A stretch of DNA of 64,000 bases, taken from the NCBI GenBank assembly GCA_963932905.1, contig CAWVRN010000006.1:32001-96000 (forward strand). Direction: 5' to 3'. The translations under genes and the position numbers were made by a program. Source of the DNA: an uncultured Bdellovibrio sp. (GTDB taxonomy: Bacteria > Bdellovibrionota > Bdellovibrionia > Bdellovibrionales > Bdellovibrionaceae). Below the pieces are notes generated by a model that was given only the letters and a program-made list of their open reading frames with translations, searched no databases and had not been told where the DNA came from. Positions 10,038 through 19,531 of the stretch are shown one piece after another. Positions within the stretch are counted from its first letter, which is position 1. Each line of letters begins with the position of its first letter.

Positions 10038-11198
10038 CTATCTATTCGTTTTTCTTAGACTGTTAGTAGACAATGACGTCTTTTTAGCTGATGAATTTGT
10101 GCCTGCAGACGCTGTTTTAGTGGCAGTGTCCTCAGCTAATTTTCGAATTTTTACTTTAGCACCCATTTTGATTTGAATGCCTGATTCAAATACAACTTTA
10201 CCAGCAGCTGCTTCTGGGCTCACATCAAAAATTTCGATCGATGCGATTGGCTCGCCGTCTAACGTACTTTGAAGTTTTGATTCACACGGAACCGGGATTT
10301 CGCCGTTCTCAGAGATCCAGAATGTTTTTTCATTGTAGATATTAAAAATGTCACCTTTTTGCACGTTGTGGTTTGAGCCCGCTAGGATTGTAGCCACATG
10401 CTCGTCCGCATACAGTACCCGTGTGTACCATTCTTGTTTCGAATCCAATTGTTCTTGAATTTGTTTGATCGAGTTTTCCAAAGCGTTGTAAGAAACACGC
10501 GCTAACGGAGTTTGGAAATAAAAGCTGGGATCAATTAACAAATTAGAAAGTGGCAATGTGAATTCTAATTGCGTGCGAGTTTGCTTCGCCGTTACGTTTG
10601 CCGCCGCGTATACTTCAGACGATACTGGATTTGAAGCGACCATGTTCATATCTAATTGATACGTTTCAACACCGAAGCTAACTCCAGGAATTCCATTCGT
10701 GCTATAGGCACCTGCAGTCGTGAAACCTAAACCCAAACCGATTTTGTTCATCAATTCGAATGAATTGATTGTTCCCCACAAACGATATTGTGGAAGGTTA
10801 ACTAGGCACGCGATTTCGTCTGACATGATCACGTTAGGAACAGCCGTTCTGCCGAATGTACGCTCTAATAACTGAACGTCATTGGTCGCCAAGTTCATAT
10901 CCGAAAACCTAATGTTTGAACCCAATTGCGACGGCGATTCATTAAAAGGTGGTTTGTAACGAAAAGCAAAACCTTCACTAGCCTGAAGGACAGGGTATAT
11001 TTGTTGATTGATGACGTATTGAAAGTCAAACTTAGTACCGCCCGGCATGTCGATCAATCGTGATTGAACAAGGCCAACATCCACTATCTTTTTTAACTTT
11101 CTTGTCTTCACCGTGTTGACGTCAGTTTTCTCACACGATTGATTTCCCATTAACAAGAAACCAGTCATCGTAAGTATCAAAGTCTTGGCAATTCTCAC
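10038..11198 (-). CDS. Putative lipoprotein, possibly CsgG/FlgT-like fold
   Basis: Signal peptide with Cys (LLMGNQSC). GTG start with GAGGAGG RBS. The C-terminal beta-rich module (ILAGSNHNVQKGDIFNIY...GAKVK) recalls FlgT C-domains; the fold is inferred. Confidence 0.6.
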   Translation of the reverse strand: MRIAKTLILTMTGFLLMGNQSCEKTDVNTVKTRKLKKIVDVGLVQSRLIDMPGGTKFDFQYVINQQIYPVLQASEGFAFRYKPPFNESPSQLGSNIRFSDMNLATNDVQLLERTFGRTAVPNVIMSDEIACLVNLPQYRLWGTINSFELMNKIGLGLGFTTAGAYSTNGIPGVSFGVETYQLDMNMVASNPVSSEVYAAANVTAKQTRTQLEFTLPLSNLLIDPSFYFQTPLARVSYNALENSIKQIQEQLDSKQEWYTRVLYADEHVATILAGSNHNVQKGDIFNIYNEKTFWISENGEIPVPCESKLQSTLDGEPIASIEIFDVSPEAAAGKVVFESGIQIKMGAKVKIRKLAEDTATKTASAGTNSSAKKTSLSTNSLRKTNR

Positions 11199-11231
11199 AC
11201 GTCCTCCTCAATTAAAGTCCTAACACCTAGA

Positions 11232-11258
11232 TGATCGGAGGGATTACGAAAGTCTGTA
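11232..11258 (-). promoter_or_regulatory. Putative sigma-28 (FliA) promoter of the 10038..11198 lipoprotein
   Basis: Minus strand reads TACA-N15-TCCGATCA, compared with the consensus TAAA-N15/16-GCCGATAA. Confidence 0.5.
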
Positions 11259-11452
11259 GTCTAGGGATTAAAATAATTTAAAAAAACAAAACCACCTCAG
11301 AAGCCTTGCAAATACTGGAAAGCAGGACCAAAAGCCGGATCATAAAACTATCATAAATTTAGACAGATTTAGCCAACTTGGACCTTTGGCGGTCTAGATA
11401 GGCTTAGAATTACTTTTAAAACACAAAGATTAGATATCTATTTCACTTATTT

Positions 11453-12001
11453 TTAGATGGTTCCGCCACCGCTAAGAATAATAAAAACCTGGTTTTCATT
11501 TTTTGGCAGTATGACTTTATCACTGTCAGTGCGGTTTTCAAAATACTGAAGACTTTTGATACCGGCGCCTAATTGAATTCCACCCAATTTGAAAATCAAA
11601 CCCGCTTCACCAAAAGCGGCATTGTAATTTTCAGTTGCAACACGAACTCCGGGTCCCAGAAATGCGTGAACACCAAATGTGTTTTCATCATTAATGGTGG
11701 TTAACTGCAACCGCAACGAAGAATCCAAACCGGAAACATTTTTAATATCGTTTCCCATACGAGTGAACAAAGCATTTCGCCAATTCAAGAACGAATTCAT
11801 TTCCCAGTTGATGCCTAAATTGATCTCTTGATATTTATTTCCATTTTGATCACCCAAAGACGCGCTAATATCGTACGTAATTTTAGATCCTGCCGTACTG
11901 ACCGCTGTCGGCGTCGTAGGAAATGTATATGGGTATTTCTTTTGGGCCCACACAGAGCCCACCATCAAGACACAAGTGAATAGAATTTTTAAATTAAGCA
12001 T
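11453..12001 (-). CDS. Secreted, probable outer-membrane beta-barrel hypothetical protein
   Basis: Likely ATG at 12001 overlaps the clpB stop. Signal peptide followed by alternating beta-strand patterns. Confidence 0.6.
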   Translation of the reverse strand: MLNLKILFTCVLMVGSVWAQKKYPYTFPTTPTAVSTAGSKITYDISASLGDQNGNKYQEINLGINWEMNSFLNWRNALFTRMGNDIKNVSGLDSSLRLQLTTINDENTFGVHAFLGPGVRVATENYNAAFGEAGLIFKLGGIQLGAGIKSLQYFENRTDSDKVILPKNENQVFIILSGGGTI

Positions 12002-14582
12002 CTTTACTAAATTTAAAAGCCCCACCGCTGAAATCAACTTTAATAGAATCTCCTGGCTTAAAGTCCTGTGCTAAAATCATTTTAGACAGAGGATTCAAAA
12101 CTTCGGATTGGATGACACGTTTTAATGGTCTTGCCCCATAAATCGGATCATACCCTTGAGATCCTAGTTGGCGAGTCGCTGCGTCTGAAAAACTCAAGTT
12201 AATCTTTTTATTTCTCAATCGTTCAACCACAGCCGTAAGTTGAATTTTCACGATACCACTGATTTGCTCTTCTTTCAGCGAATTGAAAATAATTGTTTCA
12301 TCTATACGGTTTAAAAACTCGGGCCTAAAGTGACTACGAAGTGCCGCCGTCACTTCTTTGCTCTTCTCTTCTTCAGACATACCCGGATCGATGATTGCTG
12401 ATGAGCCAATATTCGATGTCATGATCAAAACTGTATTTTTAAAATCAACGACTCGACCTTGGCCATCCGTAAGGCGACCATCATCAAGTACTTGAAGTAA
12501 AATATTGAATACATCGGTGTGTGCCTTTTCAATTTCGTCAAACAGCACCACACTGTATGGTTTTCTGCGAACAGCTTCCGTCAACTGACCGCCTTCTTCA
12601 TAACCCACATAGCCTGGAGGCGCGCCAATCAAGCGAGCTACCGAATGTTTTTCCATGTACTCACTCATATCAATACGCACAATCGCTTGATCGGAATCAA
12701 ACAGGAATTCTGCTAAAGATTTCACTGTTTCTGTTTTACCCACGCCCGTCGGACCTAGAAAAATAAATGTTCCCACAGGACGATTAGGATCTGAAATTTC
12801 CGCGCGAGATCTGCGGATCGCATCGCCTAAAATTTCTAGCGCATGATCTTGACCGACCACGCGTTCACGCATTTTAGTTTCCATATTCAACAGTTTTTGA
12901 GTTTCGCCTTCCATCATTTTAGCGACAGGAATTCCAGTCCACTTACCCACGACTTCCGCGATATCTTCTGACGCGACTTCTTCTTTCAGAATTTGGTTTT
13001 TACCTTTCTGATTTTGAGCTTTTTCTTCCGTCGCTTTAATTTTCTTTTCTAGTTCTGGCAACTTTCCGTATTGAAGTTCGGCTGCTTTACCAAGATCACC
13101 AAGACGTTGAGCTTTTTCAATTTCAAGTTTCAAAGCCTCATGATCTTGTTTATATTTTTTCAGATTCTCGATGCCGCCTTTTTCAAATTCCCATTGTTCA
13201 CGTAGCGACTGGTTGTTTTTTTGAAGCCCGGCAAGTTCTTTATCGATGGCAGCCATGCGTTCTATCGCCGACGTTTCGGTTTCCTTCTTCATCGCTTCTT
13301 TTTCAATTCTCAGTTGCATCATGTGCCGTTCGATTTCGTCGATCTCTTCCGGAACCGATTTAATTTCAATACTTAATTTACTGGCCGCTTCATCCACAAG
13401 ATCGATCGCTTTATCTGGCAAGAATCGCGAGGTAATATACCGATGAGATAATTTCACCGCGGATACAATAGCACTATCTGTAATTCTAACACCGTGATGG
13501 ACTTCATATTTTTCTTTTAGACCACGCAAGATAGTAATGGCTTCTTCAACAGACGGCTCATCAACTAAAACCGTTTGGAATCGACGTTCTAATGCGGCAT
13601 CTTTTTCAATGTACTTGCGATATTCATCCAAGGTCGTTGCGCCAATACAGCGTAATTCACCACGCGCTAAAGCAGGTTTTAACAATTGCCCCGCATCCAT
13701 TGCACCTTCTGATTTACCAGCACCAACCAGTGTATGAATTTCGTCGATAAATAAAATGATTTTGCCGTCACTACTAGTAACTTCTTTAATAACTGCTTTC
13801 AAACGATCTTCAAATTCACCACGATATTTTGCACCAGCAACTAATGCACCCAGATCTAAGCTCAATAGCTTTTTACCCACTAGGTTTTCAGGAATGTCTT
13901 TTTGCACAATACGCAATGCTAACCCCTCAGCAATGGCTGTTTTACCTACACCAGGCTCACCAATTAGTACCGGATTGTTTTTAGTACGACGAGAAAGCAC
14001 CTGAATCACTCGACGAATTTCTTCATCTCGGCCCACAACCGGATCTAGCTTGCCTTCGGCCGCAAGAGCCGTCAAATCACGTGCGAATTTTTTTAAGACT
14101 TCCATTTTGTTTTCTGGATCGTCATCGACCACTTTTTGATTTCCGCGAGTTTCCGTTAAACCTTTTAAAAAATTATCCAGCTTCAACTGATGTTTTTTAA
14201 AGATCGCTGCTAATTCTGTATCATTAATTTTAATAGCCGCTAAAAAGAAATGCTCGGTCGATATAAAGCTATCGCCCATGGCTTTAGCTTCAACTTCGGC
14301 CGTTTGAAACATCTTTTGCAGTCGCGGACTTGCATATGGCTTTTGATGACTACCTGTAATTTGAGCAAAACGATCAATACGACTTTGAAGGTCGTAAGCT
14401 AACGACTGAATATTTGTATTTAATTTTTCCAAAATACGCGGAACGATACCCTGTTCTTGGGTCACAAGCTCATGAAGAAAATGTTCCGGTTCGACCATGG
14501 AGTGACTTTTTGCCTCAGCTTTTTGGGCCGCTGCCTGCATTGCTTCTTGGCTTTTTTGGGTCATTTTATCAATTTCTGACAT
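11994..14582 (-). CDS. clpB: ATP-dependent chaperone ClpB
   Basis: Two AAA+ modules ([16 protein letters not shown]), a long middle coiled coil, RIDMSEY and GARPL; 862 aa. Confidence 0.98.
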   Translation of the reverse strand: MSEIDKMTQKSQEAMQAAAQKAEAKSHSMVEPEHFLHELVTQEQGIVPRILEKLNTNIQSLAYDLQSRIDRFAQITGSHQKPYASPRLQKMFQTAEVEAKAMGDSFISTEHFFLAAIKINDTELAAIFKKHQLKLDNFLKGLTETRGNQKVVDDDPENKMEVLKKFARDLTALAAEGKLDPVVGRDEEIRRVIQVLSRRTKNNPVLIGEPGVGKTAIAEGLALRIVQKDIPENLVGKKLLSLDLGALVAGAKYRGEFEDRLKAVIKEVTSSDGKIILFIDEIHTLVGAGKSEGAMDAGQLLKPALARGELRCIGATTLDEYRKYIEKDAALERRFQTVLVDEPSVEEAITILRGLKEKYEVHHGVRITDSAIVSAVKLSHRYITSRFLPDKAIDLVDEAASKLSIEIKSVPEEIDEIERHMMQLRIEKEAMKKETETSAIERMAAIDKELAGLQKNNQSLREQWEFEKGGIENLKKYKQDHEALKLEIEKAQRLGDLGKAAELQYGKLPELEKKIKATEEKAQNQKGKNQILKEEVASEDIAEVVGKWTGIPVAKMMEGETQKLLNMETKMRERVVGQDHALEILGDAIRRSRAEISDPNRPVGTFIFLGPTGVGKTETVKSLAEFLFDSDQAIVRIDMSEYMEKHSVARLIGAPPGYVGYEEGGQLTEAVRRKPYSVVLFDEIEKAHTDVFNILLQVLDDGRLTDGQGRVVDFKNTVLIMTSNIGSSAIIDPGMSEEEKSKEVTAALRSHFRPEFLNRIDETIIFNSLKEEQISGIVKIQLTAVVERLRNKKINLSFSDAATRQLGSQGYDPIYGARPLKRVIQSEVLNPLSKMILAQDFKPGDSIKVDFSGGAFKFSKDA

Positions 14583-14649
14583 ATAAATTACCTCTCAGAA
14601 ATAACTTGGGTCGCAAACCCGTTTCTGTCAAATAACCATATGCTTTTTT

Positions 14650-15360
14650 TTAGTCCACCCAATTAAACGTGGGGCATTGAGCCGCAACAATTCGATGCAA
14701 AACACTGTCGCTTTTCAAGATTGCATCTCCGTTTTTATAATCGAATATAGATTGGTTCACAATTGAGCATTTTTGGCCAAATTGGTTTTTAAACATCGAT
14801 TTTAGAGTCGGTACTGAATTCGCGGGCTTACCCATCATAAAGCCGGTATCTAAATAAACGCCATTATAACGAAGGACTTCGACACCACCGGCATTTTTAG
14901 GGTTAATTGACGTGTAGTTTTTAAAAACAATGTTAGCGTTATTCAGCGGGTATAAATTTTTAGATTCAAAATCAAAACTTAGTTTAGAATTAATTTTAAC
15001 TGATACTTGATTAGAGGCTAAAGTCACACTGGCCGGCTCATAAATTTCTCGTGGAAAAAAATAGTACGTTCGCGCACCTGTCGATTTAGTGTCCGAGCCC
15101 TTACCGTATGAATTGAAAACAAACAACATTCCATCAGAGCTGACTAAGTAGCTACGATAAACCAAGTCTTCATAACCATTCATCGGATGAATGGAATGCC
15201 AGCATTCTGCTCGATCCGATTGATATTGCATTGAAAACTGCAAATTGTCGCGATGAGTGATTTGGTACGGACAGTCTTCTGGTTTGGAGTAGCCAAAACT
15301 GGAAGTTGCTTGAACTAAAACACCAAAGAATAGCATGAAAAAAATTTGTGATTTTGTCAT
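14650..15360 (-). CDS. Secreted hypothetical protein
   Basis: Signal peptide, 236 aa, paired Cys at both ends. No family recognised. Confidence 0.7.
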   Translation of the reverse strand: MTKSQIFFMLFFGVLVQATSSFGYSKPEDCPYQITHRDNLQFSMQYQSDRAECWHSIHPMNGYEDLVYRSYLVSSDGMLFVFNSYGKGSDTKSTGARTYYFFPREIYEPASVTLASNQVSVKINSKLSFDFESKNLYPLNNANIVFKNYTSINPKNAGGVEVLRYNGVYLDTGFMMGKPANSVPTLKSMFKNQFGQKCSIVNQSIFDYKNGDAILKSDSVLHRIVAAQCPTFNWVD

Positions 15361-15412
15361 ATACCCTAATTATGCTTGTCCGCCATGAGACTTGTCATGT
15401 AATCAGGTAACA

Positions 15413-15646
15413 ATGGCTAAAACAGAAAGAAAAATTAGACCTTCGATCAAGCGTGAGAAAGTTTCTGCGTTTGACTATCAACACTACAATCATCGCTTCA
15501 GTTGTGATGATTGCAGCCATTTTGACGCTATCACTGAGAAATGTACATTAGGGTATCCAACAGAACCACACAGAAAAACACAGCAGACACATGAATATTT
15601 GATGTCTGGTAGCATGGCATTTTGCCGCTCACACGAAATCGACTAG
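15413..15646 (+). CDS. Small Cys-rich putative metal-binding protein
   Basis: ATG at 15413 after AGGT. Pattern CDDCSHF...C...FC provides four Cys. Confidence 0.65.
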   Translation: MAKTERKIRPSIKREKVSAFDYQHYNHRFSCDDCSHFDAITEKCTLGYPTEPHRKTQQTHEYLMSGSMAFCRSHEID

Positions 15647-15826
15647 TCAAAACTTAGAATAGCCTGGTCCTTTTACCCTATGAAGAACGTCCGGGAACCC
15701 TTTGTTTATCAAGGTTTCATGAGGTTTTTCATTTTCAAGAAAACATTTTGCCTAGCGAATGGAATTTTTTTCCTCGTCCCAAAGACCATATTTATTCAAA
15801 CAATCGTTTTCCTCCCTAAAGTCCTG

Positions 15827-15853
15827 TCAAGAAAATGTCGCACACCCCGAATG
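15827..15853 (+). promoter_or_regulatory. Putative sigma-28 promoter of flagellin
   Basis: TCAA-N15-CCCGAATG, about 300 nt upstream of fliC. An alternative, TAAA-N16-GTCGCACA, starts at 15817. Confidence 0.5.
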
Positions 15854-15859
15854 ATTACT

Positions 15860-16155
15860 TGTAAGCGCCGCACTGGTTTCTAAGAACAACCAGTGTGTTG
15901 CAAAAAATAACAAGGATTCAGAAGGAACCGGAAAGTGCAGTCAGACTTTCCCAAATTTAGAAAGGAGGCCTTCAAGGAAGATAAAGAAGAACAATAGAGT
16001 GTTCAAAAGATTCGGGTACCAAAATGGTGCCTAATAGTGAAAGGCCTAAATTCGCAATGGATGCGTCCCTTATAAAGAGGGTGAGCTTAAACAACACACG
16101 GAGGTTATAAATGAAAGATTTAAAAAAATTAACGTATTAACGGAGGAATAATTTT
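15860..16155 (+). promoter_or_regulatory. Long structured flagellin 5' leader (or CsrB-like sRNA) with multiple GGA motifs
   Basis: Several hairpins and about nine GGA motifs, some in loops (CGCA-ATGGA-TGCG). One overlaps the SD sequence. Confidence 0.55.
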
Positions 16156-16989
16156 ATGGGTATGAGAGTAACAACAAACATCGCAGCTATCAACGCTCAA
16201 AGAAATTTGAATGGTAGCCAAAGAATGATCGGTAAATCAATGGCGCAATTAGCGTCTGGTAGCCGTATCAATATCGCAGCTGACGACGCAGCTGGTTTAG
16301 CAATCAGCGAAGGCTTGAAAGCTAGTATCAGATCATCTGCACAAGCACAAAGAAATGCTAACGACGGTATCTCGATGGTTCAAACAGCTGAAGGCGGTTT
16401 AAACGAAATCGGTAACATCGTTGTTCGTCTTCGTGAGTTGGGCATCCAAGCCTCTTCTGACACTGTAGGTGAAGTAGAGCGCGGATTTCTCAACAAGGAA
16501 GTTGATCAATTGAAATCTGAGGTTCAACGTATTTCTTCTGTAACTACTTGGGGTAAAACTAAATTGTTGGATGGTTCAACGCCACAATTCGATTTCCAAG
16601 TTGGTATCTTCAACAACGCAGAAGAAGACAGAATTTCATTTGATGCTTCACAAAACGTAGCAACACTTGATGCTTTGGGGCTTTCAGGTCTTGATTACAC
16701 TACTAAAGAAGGAGCTCAAACAGCTCTTGAGTCTTTAGATTCTGCTCAAGAACTAGTGAATGGCTACCGCGCCAATCTGGGTGCTCTACAAAATCGTTTA
16801 ACATCGACTGTAGATAACTTAGGTGTAGCTCATGAGAACATGAGTGCCGCCAACAGCCGTATCAGAGATACTGACGTAGCTCAGGCTTCTTCTGAAATGG
16901 TTCGTAACAACATCTTGTTACAAGCTGGTACTTCTACATTAGCTCAAGCTAACCAATCTAATCAATTAGCTCTTAAACTAATCGGTTAA
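16156..16989 (+). CDS. fliC: Flagellin (short, D0/D1 only)
   Basis: N-terminal TNIAAINAQRNL...LASGSRINIAADDAAGLAIS and C-terminal RANLGALQNRL...SRIRDTDVA; 277 aa. Confidence 0.98.
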   Translation: MGMRVTTNIAAINAQRNLNGSQRMIGKSMAQLASGSRINIAADDAAGLAISEGLKASIRSSAQAQRNANDGISMVQTAEGGLNEIGNIVVRLRELGIQASSDTVGEVERGFLNKEVDQLKSEVQRISSVTTWGKTKLLDGSTPQFDFQVGIFNNAEEDRISFDASQNVATLDALGLSGLDYTTKEGAQTALESLDSAQELVNGYRANLGALQNRLTSTVDNLGVAHENMSAANSRIRDTDVAQASSEMVRNNILLQAGTSTLAQANQSNQLALKLIG

Positions 16990-17014
16990 TAAGTAAGTAA
17001 AATATTGTTGTACT

Positions 17015-17058
17015 AAAAAAGAGGCCGCTCCTTAAAAAAGAGTGGTCTCTTTCTTTTT
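17015..17058 (+). terminator. Rho-independent terminator of fliC
   Basis: Stem AAAGAGGCCGCTC / GAGTGGTCTCTTT followed by a T-run. Confidence 0.8.
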
Positions 17059-17066
17059 GTAAACAC

Positions 17067-17095
17067 TTGCCTGCGGCTAGATTTCGAGGCATTCT
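17067..17095 (+). promoter_or_regulatory. Putative sigma-70 promoter of the metal-uptake operon
   Basis: TTGCCT-N17-CATTCT, ending 9 nt before the ATG at 17105, which implies an almost leaderless transcript. Confidence 0.4.
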
Positions 17096-17104
17096 GGACC
17101 TTAT

Positions 17105-17467
17105 ATGGTCTTGAAAAAAGGCTTCCTGAAAGCCATTTCCTTTATATTAATAATTATCTTAGGATCAGGAATCTTAAAGACCACTTTTAATTCTTATTTT
17201 AATGAATCTCATGAATTTTCTTACCTCGACTTTGCCCATGTTCACACTCATAGCCATTCTCATAGTCAAAATTTAGGTGCTTCGACGGCCGACAGCCACG
17301 AAGACTGCCATGGCAGCATGGTCAATGGATTCGTTTTCCTTGCCGTTTCGTTTGATCAATTTGCTGATTTAATACTAAAACTAAAATTTAATTTTACCTC
17401 GCGACCGAATTCAATTTATCAAGATCCCGACTCTGATCCTCTGCGAAAACCGCCTCGTTTTTCTTAA
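17105..17467 (+). CDS. His-rich small membrane-anchored/exported protein with C-terminal RKPP; candidate regulatory uORF
   Basis: Hydrophobic N-terminus, HVHTHSHSH, HEDCH and C-terminal PLRKPPRFS. First gene of the metal-uptake cluster. Confidence 0.7.
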   Translation: MVLKKGFLKAISFILIIILGSGILKTTFNSYFNESHEFSYLDFAHVHTHSHSHSQNLGASTADSHEDCHGSMVNGFVFLAVSFDQFADLILKLKFNFTSRPNSIYQDPDSDPLRKPPRFS

Positions 17468-17519
17468 ATATATTTTTTATTACTCTTAATAATTAAATTC
17501 TTATTTAAAGGAAACATGT

Positions 17520-18635
17520 ATGCTTTTTCAAGATGTTCGCTTATTTTTATTTATTCTAATTTCTGTTTTCAGTTTAGAATCATTTTGTATAACGTCCCCC
17601 AATGTCAATGCTACCGCTCTTTTTCTGTATCGCAACTCTAACTTCCACAAAGAAGATGCAGATCCTGCAAACCTTGACACTAATCCGAATGGCCTTGCGA
17701 TTCAGGAAGCCGAGCTACAATTTTATTCAGCTGTCGATCCATACACGCGATTAAATTTACTATTAGCCGTGCACCCATCTTTAGAATCGGACGGAAATAA
17801 AATCGAAGAGAAATGGATCATCGAACCGGAAGAAGCCTTCGCAGAAAGCAGCGCCCTACCCGCTACCAATTTGAAAATTGGCAAATTCAAGGCGTTCTTA
17901 GGTAAACACAATACTCTGCATACCCATGCCTATACGTTTGTTGAAGCTCCACTGGCTAATACTCAATTGCTAGGTGATGAGGGGCTAAACGACGTGGGTA
18001 TATCGGCCGCCGTATTATTGCCGACTTCATGGTTTAGCGAAGTCACTTTTCAATTCTTACGAGGAAAAGGAGAAAACGAGCAATTTAATTCGGCCAACCC
18101 AAATGATGGCGTAGGTGTTACACACTGGAAAAATCTATTTGATATAGACGACGCCACAACCCTTGAGCTTGGAGCCTCGTATGCAAACGGAGCCAATTCA
18201 TACCGCAAAACCACATTGCTGACTGGTGCTGATGTCACTCTGAAATGGCGACCAACTGCGGGCGGTAAATACAAATCAGTCACGTGGGCCACCGAGTATT
18301 TAGGACGGACACAACGACAAGCCGACGTCGACGATGAAACGGCTGGTGGATTGGCTTCGTGGATCCAATATCAATTTGCTATGCAGTGGGCGGCTTTGTA
18401 TCGCTATGACGATCTTACGTTTAAAAACAGTTTTGATACCACCAAATCACCAAATGAGACCTCGACTCGTCATTCGGTCGGATTGGTCTTTTCGGCGTCA
18501 GAGTTTTCGGCGCTGAAATTGGAGTTCAATCAACGTAAAGGCGGTGTTCGTAACATCTACAACGAGGACACCGAGAACACCGTTTTTCTGCAGTTTAATT
18601 TAACTATGGGCGCCCATCCAACTCACACGTATTAG
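17520..18635 (+). CDS. Outer-membrane beta-barrel protein linked to metal uptake
   Basis: Signal peptide, many beta-strands, GKHNTLHTH and C-terminal GAHPTHTY. Lies directly upstream of the metal SBP. Confidence 0.75.
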   Translation: MLFQDVRLFLFILISVFSLESFCITSPNVNATALFLYRNSNFHKEDADPANLDTNPNGLAIQEAELQFYSAVDPYTRLNLLLAVHPSLESDGNKIEEKWIIEPEEAFAESSALPATNLKIGKFKAFLGKHNTLHTHAYTFVEAPLANTQLLGDEGLNDVGISAAVLLPTSWFSEVTFQFLRGKGENEQFNSANPNDGVGVTHWKNLFDIDDATTLELGASYANGANSYRKTTLLTGADVTLKWRPTAGGKYKSVTWATEYLGRTQRQADVDDETAGGLASWIQYQFAMQWAALYRYDDLTFKNSFDTTKSPNETSTRHSVGLVFSASEFSALKLEFNQRKGGVRNIYNEDTENTVFLQFNLTMGAHPTHTY

Positions 18636-18643
18636 AGGCCGTT

Positions 18644-19531
18644 ATGAATAAATTTGTTTTTCTTTTATTTTTGCCACTTTGTAGTCTTGCAAAAATTCAA
18701 GTCGCGGCCACTACGACAGATGTAGCCGCTATCGTTCGTGAAGTTGGCGGTAATCAAGTGGATGTGTTCCATATCGCGAAAGGGACGCAAGACCCACATC
18801 AAATCGAAGCGAAACCTTCGTACATGGTAAAACTGCGACCTGTTGATCTTGTCATTGCCCAAGGTTTGGAACTAGAAACTGCCTGGCTTACACCGTTGAT
18901 TGAAGGTTCACGTAACGAGAAACTTTTGCAAAAGAACAACGTCATGGAACTTGGACCCATGCTGGATCCAATCGATATTCCCAAGGGCACGATCTCGCGT
19001 GCGGACGGCGACGTTCATCCTGGTGGTAATCCACATTTTCAATTAGACCCAGTTCGAGTCGGTAAAGCGGCTGTTTTAATAGCCGATCGTTTAGCACAAA
19101 GTGACCCAGGACACACAACATTGTTCAACGAAAACGCTAAAAAGTTTAACCAGCACATGATCGACAAAACTGCCGAGTGGAAAAAACGTCTTGCAAAAAC
19201 CGGAGTCAAAGAACTGATTACGTACCACAAGTACCTGGCCTACTTTTGCTCGCGTTTCGATTTGGTTTGCAATCTACAGCTAGAGCCTAAGCCTGGGATT
19301 CCTCCGACGGCGAATCATTTATTATCTGTTATTTCCGAAATTAAAAAGCGAAACATCAGTTTAGTGTTGATCGAAAATCTATACCTGGATGATGCCGGTA
19401 ATAAATTGAAACAAGATGTTCCTAATTTGAAAATTCAAAAAATACCGGTGTCAGTTGAAGGCGATACAGGCATCACAACGAACGATCAACTAATTGAAAA
19501 AATCGTGACCACTATAGAGGCGGCAAAATAA
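18644..19531 (+). CDS. Zn/Mn ABC-type substrate-binding protein (ZnuA/TroA family)
   Basis: Motifs QDPHQIE, DVHPGGNPH, TYH and EPKPGIPPT. Confidence 0.9.
   Translation: MNKFVFLLFLPLCSLAKIQVAATTTDVAAIVREVGGNQVDVFHIAKGTQDPHQIEAKPSYMVKLRPVDLVIAQGLELETAWLTPLIEGSRNEKLLQKNNVMELGPMLDPIDIPKGTISRADGDVHPGGNPHFQLDPVRVGKAAVLIADRLAQSDPGHTTLFNENAKKFNQHMIDKTAEWKKRLAKTGVKELITYHKYLAYFCSRFDLVCNLQLEPKPGIPPTANHLLSVISEIKKRNISLVLIENLYLDDAGNKLKQDVPNLKIQKIPVSVEGDTGITTNDQLIEKIVTTIEAAK

Noticed and set aside
15680..15883. 67-aa ORF upstream of fliC
   Set aside because: No RBS or recognisable features, and it spans the putative flagellin promoter.
15860..16155. c-di-GMP-I (GEMM) riboswitch in the flagellin leader
   Set aside because: I could not find the GGCAAA...GAAA...GACGCAAA core. 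An Rfam scan would settle it.
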